A DNA stretch of 62,422 nt, counting the filler, from Candidatus Babelota bacterium (GTDB lineage Bacteria; JAGOBX01): NCBI GenBank assembly GCA_017999075.1. It is 8 parts of 8 records of this genome, joined end to end, with 100 filler letters (N's around TTAATTAATTAA, not from the genome) between each part and the next. Parts side by side here need not be neighbours in the genome. Positions count along the whole stretch, not along the records: positions 30,914 to 36,096 come from JAGOBX010000290.1; positions 36,197 to 41,372 come from JAGOBX010000291.1; 6 more parts are not named here. One strand, given 5' to 3'. The notes beneath the pieces were generated by a model, which was not told where the DNA came from, did not search any database, and saw only the letters and a list, made by a program, of their open reading frames with translations. Below are positions 30,914-39,053 of the stretch, one piece after another; position 1 is the stretch's first letter, and every line of letters starts with the position of its first letter. Position numbers and translations under genes: made by a program.

Positions 30914-32086
30914 GAAAATAATTATTGTTATGGTCGGGTTGCTGATTTGGAAATAGAGCCATTTGAATTTAAGCACAATGAAACAGGCTATAAGCGAATA
31001 TTAAATAATATAATTCAATTGCAAAAAGCGAGCTGTATAGATAAGGTTATAATTGGATGTGAGTCAACTGGAGTATACGGCGAACCATTTGTTCATTATT
31101 TTCAGTTAAAAGGATTTGAGGTTGTTCTGGTGAATCCGATGCATACAAAACGCGTAAAAGAAATGAATGATAATTCTCCGAATAAAACGGATAAAAAAGA
31201 TCCCAAGGTAATAGCTGATATAATTGAATTAGGAAATATTCTTAAAGTGGTTGTACCGGAAGGCTCAGCGGCGGATCTAAGGCGATTAACAGAACTGCGC
31301 GAAACATATATTCAATATCGAACAAGTTTATATAATCAGATACACTCAAAAGTATTTCTTGTATTTCCAGAATATTTTGAAGTGTTAAAAGATATTAAAA
31401 CTAAATGTTCACATTATGTTTTATATAAATATACATTGCCCCAACATTTAAGAAAACTTTCATCAAAAAAACTTGGAATGAATTTACAGAAAATAAGTCG
31501 GGGTCGTAAAAATGAATCAACGGCTAAAATGCTGATTGAAAAGGCCGGAAGCAGCGTGGGGATAAGCGCCGGCTCAGAAATAATCGCAATGGATATCCGA
31601 CAAAAACTTGATATGATTACGAATATAAATATAAAAATTATGGATATAGAAAAACTGATGGAAAAAACAGTCGAGCGTATAGATTACAGTAAAAATATAT
31701 TATCTATTCGCGGAATCAAAACAGTATTGGTGGCTGGTATTATCGGTGAATTAGGAGATATAAAAAAATTTAAAACAACATCAGAAATCGAAAAATTTGC
31801 GGGACTTGATTTGTTTGAAATAAGTTCCGGAAAACAAAAAGGAAATTGCCATATATCAAAACGAGGGCGTAGTCATTTGCGTAAAATTCTGTATCAATGC
31901 GCTTTGAATGTAATCAGAAAAGGCGGTATAATGCACGAAGTATATAATAATTATTTAGACCGCAATAAACCGAAAATGAAAGCAATTGTAGCAATTATGC
32001 GTAAATTATTAAGATTGATATTTGCATTAGTAAGAGATAATAAAAGTTATCTTGATAATTATACAGATGCAGAAATAGCTGCATAA
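30914..32086 (+). CDS. IS110-family DEDD recombinase/transposase, 5'-truncated
   Basis: GCESTGVY, VLVNP, KTDKKD, SIRGI, FAGL, SSG (catalytic Ser), ISKRG...LRKILY, AIMRKL. Frame is open to the contig start; the first Asp motif is cut off. Confidence 0.95.
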   Translation, partial: ENNYCYGRVADLEIEPFEFKHNETGYKRILNNIIQLQKASCIDKVIIGCESTGVYGEPFVHYFQLKGFEVVLVNPMHTKRVKEMNDNSPNKTDKKDPKVIADIIELGNILKVVVPEGSAADLRRLTELRETYIQYRTSLYNQIHSKVFLVFPEYFEVLKDIKTKCSHYVLYKYTLPQHLRKLSSKKLGMNLQKISRGRKNESTAKMLIEKAGSSVGISAGSEIIAMDIRQKLDMITNINIKIMDIEKLMEKTVERIDYSKNILSIRGIKTVLVAGIIGELGDIKKFKTTSEIEKFAGLDLFEISSGKQKGNCHISKRGRSHLRKILYQCALNVIRKGGIMHEVYNNYLDRNKPKMKAIVAIMRKLLRLIFALVRDNKSYLDNYTDAEIAA

Positions 32087-32103
32087 AAAGATATTTGAAA
32101 AAA

Positions 32104-32278
32104 AATTCCGCGTAGGCAGAAAGATTATCGTTTGCGTTATTGAGGCGGCTAACGCCGACCTTCGCGCGGAGCTTTCAATAACTTTCTGCTTGCGCTTTAG
32201 TTTCAATAAAGCAAGGTTAAAGCGTGTAAGCGACTTTCGAATTACCAGTGTTAAACAGAGCGCATTTTCGCGGAAATT
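32104..32278 (+). ncRNA. Candidate bridge RNA/seekRNA in the IS 3' non-coding end
   Basis: Pairings seen by eye: 32110-32123/32182-32195, 32136-32143/32175-32182, 32192-32198/32257-32263, 32104-32112/32269-32278. Confidence 0.5.
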
Positions 32279-32604
32279 AAATTAATAAATTCGGGTTTTA
32301 AATTGGGGCTCTGCCCTAAACCCCGAACAGTTTTACATTTATTTTTCCTTTTAAGGGGGATCCGTTGTTGTGTGTTTAACGTCTCCCATCCTTATCCTAA
32401 AGGAAAAAGCCGAACTGTTAAAACGGCTAAAAAGGAAAGGATAAGAGACAATTTAATTTTATTAAATTATTGAGGTTATGTCAATTAGAAAAAAATATTA
32501 AAAATTACTTGACTGGAATAAACCAGTTCGCAGAGTTGCGCAGAGAATATTAGTTTATCTGTTTAATCTGTTTATATCCGCGTTAAAAATTTTTTTATAT
32601 TTTT

Positions 32605-32630
32605 TGCAACTGTTTCCTGATTTAAGCGTA
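32605..32630 (+). promoter_or_regulatory. ECF sigma (SigW-like) promoter, copy 1
   Basis: TGCAAC-16nt-CGTA, compared with B. subtilis SigW TGAAAC-N16-CGTA. Confidence 0.55.
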
Positions 32631-32646
32631 TCATTAAATATAAATA

Positions 32647-32699
32647 ACAATGATTTAAAAAGAATCGGTGATTTTGATTTAGATATAAAAGTCGGGTAT
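32647..32699 (+). repeat. 53-bp direct repeat, copy 1
   Basis: Matches 33928-33980 with 2 mismatches. Confidence 0.9.
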
Positions 32700-32731
32700 A
32701 GAGGGCATTTTAAATAATTTTGGAGACGCTT

Positions 32732-33664
32732 ATGAATAATAAAAAAACCGTGGAAGCTAAAAATGCTTTTTTTATAAAATTAGGCGCTGGAGAAATGTGG
32801 GCAGAAGATTGTATAAAAAATAATACTATTCGATTAGGTTTTGGAAATCCTTATCATAAAAATTGTTTAAAAAAAGATTGGAAAAAAATAACAAACTTTT
32901 ACATTAATAAAATAAAGAAAAAAAAGACAAAAGCTTCTGAAGTTACTAATCAAATTCGAAATTTTTATGAAAGCGGCAATGATACTATCTGGATAACTTT
33001 TCATAATAGAAAAATGTATTGGTGCTTTGCTGATGAAGAAGTAATTGAATTAAAAGACAAAACTCGTATAAGAAAAACTAAAGGTTTATGGAGTGATTCT
33101 GATATTGATAAAAACAAATTAACTGTTGATAAAATTAGCAGTAAACTTACACAAGTTCAAGGTTTCATTGGCGCAATATGCTCTATTCGCGAATTTGAAT
33201 ATCTATTAAATAAAATAAATAATAAAAAATCAGAAGATTTATTATTAGTCGAGAATGTATATAATAGTCTTCAAGATTCTTTAAAACCTTTAATAAAAAA
33301 TTTAACTTGGGAAGATTTTGAATTATTAACTGATTTAATTTTTAGTTATTCCGGATGGAAAAGAGTTGATGTTTTAGGCAAATATCAAAAAGCAATTGAT
33401 TTAGATTTAATGTCGCCGGTTACAGGAAAAAGAGGTTTTTTACAAGTTAAATCTTATTCTGACTTAAACACTTTTTTTGATTATTTAGAACGATTTAAAA
33501 ATATGTTATTGTATGATGAGATGTTTTATGTAGTACATTCAAAAAGTAAAGATTTAGAAAATTATAAAGGTGACGATTCTTCAAAAATTATTGATATTGA
33601 TAAATTAGCTAAATTAGTTATTGATGCTGGATTAGTAGAATGGTTGATAGAAAAAACATATTAG
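32732..33664 (+). CDS. Mrr-like PD-(D/E)xK restriction endonuclease domain protein
   Basis: C-terminal L.WEDFELL...GW...AIDL...LQVKS...IIDIDKLAKLV. GGAG RBS before ATG 32732. Confidence 0.75.
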   Translation: MNNKKTVEAKNAFFIKLGAGEMWAEDCIKNNTIRLGFGNPYHKNCLKKDWKKITNFYINKIKKKKTKASEVTNQIRNFYESGNDTIWITFHNRKMYWCFADEEVIELKDKTRIRKTKGLWSDSDIDKNKLTVDKISSKLTQVQGFIGAICSIREFEYLLNKINNKKSEDLLLVENVYNSLQDSLKPLIKNLTWEDFELLTDLIFSYSGWKRVDVLGKYQKAIDLDLMSPVTGKRGFLQVKSYSDLNTFFDYLERFKNMLLYDEMFYVVHSKSKDLENYKGDDSSKIIDIDKLAKLVIDAGLVEWLIEKTY

Positions 33665-33717
33665 TATCTTATCAATAAATTTATTGCATTTACGGCAAGA
33701 ATATTTTTTTATTTTTC

Positions 33718-33743
33718 TGCAACCCTTTTCTGATTTCAGCGTA
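33718..33743 (+). promoter_or_regulatory. ECF sigma (SigW-like) promoter, copy 2
   Basis: TGCAAC-16nt-CGTA with flanks homologous to copy 1. Confidence 0.55.
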
Positions 33744-33777
33744 TAATTGAATATAAAACAAAACAGGCGGTTCCATA

Positions 33778-34007
33778 ATGTGTATTGATTATAAACGGCT
33801 TAAATATCATAAAACTATTGATTATTTAAGCGAAAATATAAAAATTATAATTTCAATTCAGCAACAAGTCAAACTGAACATTACTGTTATTTAATGCATA
33901 TTTTAAAAGAACATTATCATATTAATGACAATGATTTAAAAAGAATCGGTGATATTGATTTAGATATAAAAGTCAGGTATCAATGGAGTTTTAAAAATGA
34001 GTTATAA
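33778..34007 (+). pseudogene. Small (~76 aa) frameshifted ORF behind the ECF promoter
   Basis: AGGCGG RBS and MCIDYKRLKYHKTIDYLSENIK, then a shift in an A-run to NYNFNSATSQTEHYCYLMHILKEHYHINDNDLKRIGDIDLDIKVRYQWSFKNEL*. Confidence 0.4.
33928..33980 (+). repeat. 53-bp direct repeat, copy 2
   Basis: Matches 32647-32699. Confidence 0.9.
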
Positions 34008-34055
34008 TGAAGAGTATAAATTCAAAAATAAAAAATAAAAAAAGAGGAATGAAAA

Positions 34056-34217
34056 ATGTTATTTGAAGTCAATACAATTGAAAAAAATATTAGTCCTATT
34101 ATGTCCAATTGGTATTTTACAGAATCAGAATTAGAAAAATATCTATTACCTGATAATAGTGAAATTCCTATTCTAAACGAAAAAATAATTCGATATAAAT
34201 ATTGGTTGAAGATTTAA
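34056..34217 (+). pseudogene. 53-aa ORF, possibly a truncated nuclease N-terminus
   Basis: GAGGA RBS; MLFEVNTIEK...WYFTESELEKYLL...IPILNE resembles the ExxLE helix preceding NucS-like PD-(D/E)xK cores. Confidence 0.3.
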
Positions 34218-34367
34218 CTAAAGCATTAAGATGTTATTGCATTTCACATAAATATTAAAAAATGCTTGTTTTATTTAGAAGCTTTTACTAAAATATTTAA
34301 ATAAGTAATATAAAAATTCTTTAATTTAAACAATTATAAAAAGAAATTAAAATAATTGGGGGCGAAA

Positions 34368-35135
34368 ATGTCCAAAGATTTACTGAATTTTTTTAACGGA
34401 AATAATAGAGGTCTTTTAAAATATTACTTGGATTGTAAACTTCCTGATAATTTAAATATTGCTTGGTATCCTTCTGCTGGCAAAGATTTTAGAGCATTGT
34501 TATATTTAACCCAAAAATATGCTGAACTTAATCCAGCTTCAAGTAATGAAAATTTTTTTCCGAATTTTTATTTATTTACAGATTATGACAATTATTTTTT
34601 CTCTTCGATTTATGAAAATTCAACAATTCATTCAGATAAAAATACAGAAATTATTCTAAATAATTATGAAGAATTACCTAATCTTGAATTGCCGCTTGAT
34701 AAAGAAATTGTAAATTGTTACGAAGGTTCAGAGATGACCGGCAGACTATTTTTTTTGGAAATACAGGTAAAATCAAAAAAAATAGGCGATTTTATATGCC
34801 CTGTGATTTATGCATTTGTTGAGAATGAATCGTTTTGCTCTAAAATTTTACTTTCGCAAAAAACATCTTTGTCGCATATTATTCATATTCGATATGGAGC
34901 GCCAAGCGGCGGCGGTAAAGCATCCGGCATTTGGTTATTGAATGTTTTAAAAAAATTAAATTGTAAAGTATTCATAAGTGATGGCAGTTTTAATTTATCT
35001 GATGGCGATATTGCCGCATATACATTATATCCGAATCTTAAAGGCGAACCACCGGTAATGGAAACAATCAGAAAAATTAATAGCGAAAGTTGGTCTGGTC
35101 ATGGTAATGTTAGTTGGAATATTATAAAAAATTAG
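34368..35135 (+). CDS. Hypothetical protein, possible Rossmann/methyltransferase-like fold
   Basis: IAWYPSAGKDFR...YLFTDY motifs; GGGGG RBS before ATG 34368. Confidence 0.7.
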   Translation: MSKDLLNFFNGNNRGLLKYYLDCKLPDNLNIAWYPSAGKDFRALLYLTQKYAELNPASSNENFFPNFYLFTDYDNYFFSSIYENSTIHSDKNTEIILNNYEELPNLELPLDKEIVNCYEGSEMTGRLFFLEIQVKSKKIGDFICPVIYAFVENESFCSKILLSQKTSLSHIIHIRYGAPSGGGKASGIWLLNVLKKLNCKVFISDGSFNLSDGDIAAYTLYPNLKGEPPVMETIRKINSESWSGHGNVSWNIIKN

Positions 35136-35145
35136 GAGGAGAATT

Positions 35146-35928
35146 ATGAAATTTTCAGACGACCCAAATGTAAGATTGAAAGAATTAAACAAATTGACCG
35201 AAAAAGAAAAACAGGAAATTTTAAAATTTATTTCAAAAGGTGTTCCGATTGAACCTTGGCCTTTTGGGATGCCCTGTTCTGCAATGCCGTATGTTATTGC
35301 TTTAGGAGTTTCGCCCGGAGCAAAACCGCGTCCTGAAGATATAAATATTAAGACTCATCGCGCAAGAGGATGTTTACCAACTATAAACAAACCCGCAGAT
35401 TTTTATTATAAAGACCCAAAACATTACTGGCCAAAAGTGAAAAAAATATGTTCTTTTTTGGTAAATAGAAAATTAAAAACTCAATCAGAAGAAAATGCTC
35501 TTAAATTATCCGCGCATCTAAATTTAGGAACTGGTCAATCTGGTAAAGCCGGTAAAAAAGCCATTGAATCCGATATACTTAAATGGGTTTCAAAATTAAT
35601 ATATTCAAAATTTAAAGCTAAAATTGTAGTCGGATTTGGATTAACAGGTTTGATGAAGAATCCTGAAATCAACGAACTTTGGCAGAATTCTGAAGGAATA
35701 CAAATAGATTGGAAAAAGCCTGATTATTCACGCATTATTAAATTAAATAATAAAAATTATTATTTTAGATTATGGCTTACAGAAAGAGAAGATAAAGAAA
35801 AAATTGCTATATTACTATGGCCTAATCATCCATCAAGAATTCCGTTTAGCGGAAATGCTGACAATAATAAGAATTTAGATAGAGCTCTTAAAGAAGCAGA
35901 TTTATTTTTGACTGAGCATGGTTTTTAA
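35146..35928 (+). CDS. Hypothetical protein with uracil-DNA-glycosylase-superfamily-like motifs
   Basis: AGGAGG RBS; VIALGVSPG, HLNL, IVVGFG, WPNHPSR. The ORF is solid; the fold call is tentative. Confidence 0.6.
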   Translation: MKFSDDPNVRLKELNKLTEKEKQEILKFISKGVPIEPWPFGMPCSAMPYVIALGVSPGAKPRPEDINIKTHRARGCLPTINKPADFYYKDPKHYWPKVKKICSFLVNRKLKTQSEENALKLSAHLNLGTGQSGKAGKKAIESDILKWVSKLIYSKFKAKIVVGFGLTGLMKNPEINELWQNSEGIQIDWKKPDYSRIIKLNNKNYYFRLWLTEREDKEKIAILLWPNHPSRIPFSGNADNNKNLDRALKEADLFLTEHGF

Positions 35929-35966
35929 TCCAAAATCTTCTTTATTAAGAAAATAAATTAATCAAT

Positions 35967-36014
35967 GCAGCGCAGATGTTTGTAAAAATAATTTACATAA
36001 TACTGCGCTGCTTT
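35967..36014 (+). terminator. Possible terminator hairpin closing the island
   Basis: GCAGCGCAG...CTGCGCTGC followed by TTT. Confidence 0.45.
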
Positions 36015-36096
36015 ATTAAATAACAAAAATTGAAAATTTCTTGCCAATAAGTTTTATATTTTAATATCTTATAAAAGATATTAAAAAATATAACTT

Positions 36097-36196
36097 NNNN
36101 NNNNNNNNNNNNNNNNNNNNNNNNNNNNNNNNNNNNNNNNTTAATTAATTAANNNNNNNNNNNNNNNNNNNNNNNNNNNNNNNNNNNNNNNNNNNN
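36097..36196. other. Artificial contig linker
   Basis: 44 N + TTAATTAATTAA + 44 N. Confidence 0.98.
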
Positions 36197-36198
36197 CA

Positions 36199-37161
36199 CT
36201 TGAAAACGGAAAAAGCCTTGAGGAAACTGTTTTATTTTCAAAACAATCAGGAGGGTCAAGTTCAAATGTTGCTGTTGGACTTGCCCGTCTTGACATACCT
36301 GCAGCTTTTACCGGAATAATAGGTGATGATTATTTCGGTAATTTTTTGGAACGCAAACTTTCAGACAGCGGAATTGATTGTTCACTTTTAAAAAAAACTT
36401 CTAAATTCAACACTCCTATTGTATTTGTCGGACTGGATAAAAAAGGAAATAATGATTTTTGTTTTTATAGAGATTTTAATCTTAATAAAGAATATAAAAT
36501 CACAAAGCAAGACAGTCATTTTATAAAAAAAATAAAAATTATGCATTTCAGTTCGGTAGTTCTCCGGGAAATAAATTTTAAATTTCAAATTGCCAAACTT
36601 ATTGACTATATAAAATTTAAAAACAGGGGACTCATCCATTTTGACGCAAATATAAGATTCGGGCTGTGGAATAATCATAATATTTTAAAAAATGTCATAA
36701 TTCAATTTTGCAAATTGTCTGATATAATAAAATTTTCTGAAGAAGAACTTTTTTTTGTTTCCAACATTAAAAATATAGAAAAATCATTAAAAACAATTAA
36801 ACTTTTTAAAGATAAACTTGTAATTGTGACTGCAGGAGAAAATGGGAGTTATACTTTGTTAAACAATGAGCTGATACATATTCCTTCTTTTAAAATAAAT
36901 GCAGTCGATACTACAGGAGCAGGAGATGCTTTTGTCAGCGCATTTTTATCGAGATTGTATAAAAATAAAATAGACAGTTTTGAAATTCTGAAGAATATGA
37001 TTAATAAACAAACCATTGAAGAATGGCTTACTTTTTCAAATGCTGCTGGTTCATTGAACTGCGGACAGAGAGGAGCCACTTCCGGTATGACTTCAGAAAA
37101 AAATATTATTGATTTTATAAAGGAACAAATTTCGAATGAAAAAAATAAAAGTTGCCGGTGA
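36199..37161 (+). CDS. PfkB-family carbohydrate kinase (fructokinase-like), 5'-truncated
   Basis: Upstream in-frame GGSSSNVAVGLARL...GDDYFG; FDANIR; DTTGAGDAF. Confidence 0.92.
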   Translation, partial: LENGKSLEETVLFSKQSGGSSSNVAVGLARLDIPAAFTGIIGDDYFGNFLERKLSDSGIDCSLLKKTSKFNTPIVFVGLDKKGNNDFCFYRDFNLNKEYKITKQDSHFIKKIKIMHFSSVVLREINFKFQIAKLIDYIKFKNRGLIHFDANIRFGLWNNHNILKNVIIQFCKLSDIIKFSEEELFFVSNIKNIEKSLKTIKLFKDKLVIVTAGENGSYTLLNNELIHIPSFKINAVDTTGAGDAFVSAFLSRLYKNKIDSFEILKNMINKQTIEEWLTFSNAAGSLNCGQRGATSGMTSEKNIIDFIKEQISNEKNKSCR

Positions 37162-38965
37162 AACATTAGAAAAGTGTTTGAAACAAATTTCTGAACAGAT
37201 TCATAAACCTGTATCTGAAATTAATGATTATAAAATCATTCAAACCGGGGAAAAAGGATTTTTAGGGTTTTTCAAAAAACCATTTGAGATTGAATATGTT
37301 GACGGTTCTGCGGTTTCGTCTGCAGATGATTTCAGAATTAATGAAGCTCTGAAAGTTGCGCAGGAGTTTGACGGATTTTTTACGATTGATTATCAGGATA
37401 GTTCTGCGTATCTTACTGTTTATCCTCCTGGCGGTTCAGGAAAATCTGTTGATTTAAAGGAAATTATCAGTAGATTGGAATTATTAAAAGTTCATAATAT
37501 AGACGAAAAAAATATAAAAGAAGCATTAACGGATAAAATAAAGACTGCTGTTAAAGTAGCTGATTGGCCTGATGGCGAATCATATAATTCTTATTTTAAA
37601 ATTGAAACAAAAATTGATAAAATGGCAGCATACTGCACGATTTTTCCTCCTAAAAAAGGGGGGAAACATCTTTCAGCAGATGATATTATGAATGGTTTGA
37701 AAAATAATAATATAGTTAAAGATATCTTTATTGAAAATATAAAAACAGCTATTAATAATTGCGAATATCATAAAAAATTTGTTGCTGCTGCAGGACGGGA
37801 ACCTGTTAACGGCAGCGATGCATTTATGAAATATTTTTTTAATGTAAATAAAGAGGTAGATTTAAAAATTAAACATGATGGGAGCGTTGATTTCAGGGAA
37901 TTAAATATAATTCAGACTATAAAAAAAGATGCAGTGATTTGCGAAAAAATAAATCATAGCGATGGAATCGACGGTTATGATGTTTTCGGAAAAGTTATTA
38001 AAGCTAAACCAGGAAATGATTTGATAATTAAAAACGGCAGGAATACTTATCTTGACGCTGAAAAACAAAAAGTTTTTGCAGCAAAAGACGGCGAACCCAC
38101 TTTAAATGATGCAGGAGAAGTTAGTGTTAACGAAATTTTATCAATTGAAGGAGATGTTAATTATTCTACAGGTAATATTAATTTTTTGGGAAGCGTTATA
38201 ATTGAAGGAAGAATAGAAGATAATTTTACAGTAAAAGCTGCAGGAGATATCATTGTCAAAGGGAATATTGGAAAATCTGTTGTTGATGCAGGATCAAATA
38301 TAATTGTTGACGGAGGAATAATCGGAAAAAACGAGGCAGTTATAAAATCCGGAAAAAATGTTTATGCTAAATTTATAGAAAGTTCTAATGTATTTGCCAA
38401 ACAGGATATTGTATGCAGAAAAATGATTATGCATTCAAATATTTCTGCCGGCGTTTCTGTGAGAGTGTCTGGCGACCGCGGAGCTTTGATGGGAGGAATT
38501 ACGCGTGCTGGAGAATCAGTTGTAGTAAACGAGCTTGGCGCTGTAGGAGCAGCTGTTACAACAGTGGAAGTAGGCATTAAACCTGAAATAATTATGCAGT
38601 TGAGCGAACTTGAAAATAAAAAGATTGATATGACTAAAAAACTTGATAAAATAAAACTCGGTATTCAAACGCTTGAAAAAAGAAATGAAGAACGTGAATT
38701 GGACGGAACAGAAAAAGTTCAGGCGCTTCAACTGAATTCTATGGCAAAATCAGTTTCGGAACAGATTGATTCTGTAAAATTTGAGATAATTCAGATAAAA
38801 CGTAATAGTGAAATTAATCCCCGTTCAAAGATTCAGGTGTATGATAAATTATTCGCTAATGTGCATGTTTTATTCGGTAATATCCAGCGTAATTTCAGCA
38901 AAGAAGAAATTCATGTGAGGCTTGGAGTAATGGACGGGAAAATAGTTATATTACCTTATGATTAG
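37136..38965 (+). CDS. FapA/DUF342 family protein with N-terminal Jag_N-like domain
   Basis: N-terminal GETLEKCL...GEKGFLGFFKKP; GSVDFREL, GIDGYDVFG, GDVNYSTGNINF beta-helix. Confidence 0.85.
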   Translation: MKKIKVAGETLEKCLKQISEQIHKPVSEINDYKIIQTGEKGFLGFFKKPFEIEYVDGSAVSSADDFRINEALKVAQEFDGFFTIDYQDSSAYLTVYPPGGSGKSVDLKEIISRLELLKVHNIDEKNIKEALTDKIKTAVKVADWPDGESYNSYFKIETKIDKMAAYCTIFPPKKGGKHLSADDIMNGLKNNNIVKDIFIENIKTAINNCEYHKKFVAAAGREPVNGSDAFMKYFFNVNKEVDLKIKHDGSVDFRELNIIQTIKKDAVICEKINHSDGIDGYDVFGKVIKAKPGNDLIIKNGRNTYLDAEKQKVFAAKDGEPTLNDAGEVSVNEILSIEGDVNYSTGNINFLGSVIIEGRIEDNFTVKAAGDIIVKGNIGKSVVDAGSNIIVDGGIIGKNEAVIKSGKNVYAKFIESSNVFAKQDIVCRKMIMHSNISAGVSVRVSGDRGALMGGITRAGESVVVNELGAVGAAVTTVEVGIKPEIIMQLSELENKKIDMTKKLDKIKLGIQTLEKRNEERELDGTEKVQALQLNSMAKSVSEQIDSVKFEIIQIKRNSEINPRSKIQVYDKLFANVHVLFGNIQRNFSKEEIHVRLGVMDGKIVILPYD

Positions 38966-39053
38966 ATTAACTCTAATTATCACGTCAAAATAAAAAATAT
39001 GGAAAACCGGATTAAAAATGCTTGTTTTTTGAAAAATTATTCGGATTTAAATT

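Larger units (their letters stand above)
30914..32530 (+). mobile_element. IS110/IS1111-family insertion sequence (left end missing, right end approximate)
   Basis: Transposase plus ~440-nt structured 3' non-coding region ending near an outward-facing TTGACT (32509-32514). Confidence 0.65.

Noticed and set aside
30515-32086. IS110 apparently interrupting dnaX
   Set aside because: The two genes are on different contigs separated by a linker.
32601-33980. Repeats read as a CRISPR array or integron attC sites
   Set aside because: Only two copies over 1 kb apart, no regular spacers, no cas or integrase gene, and no attC-type palindromic boxes.
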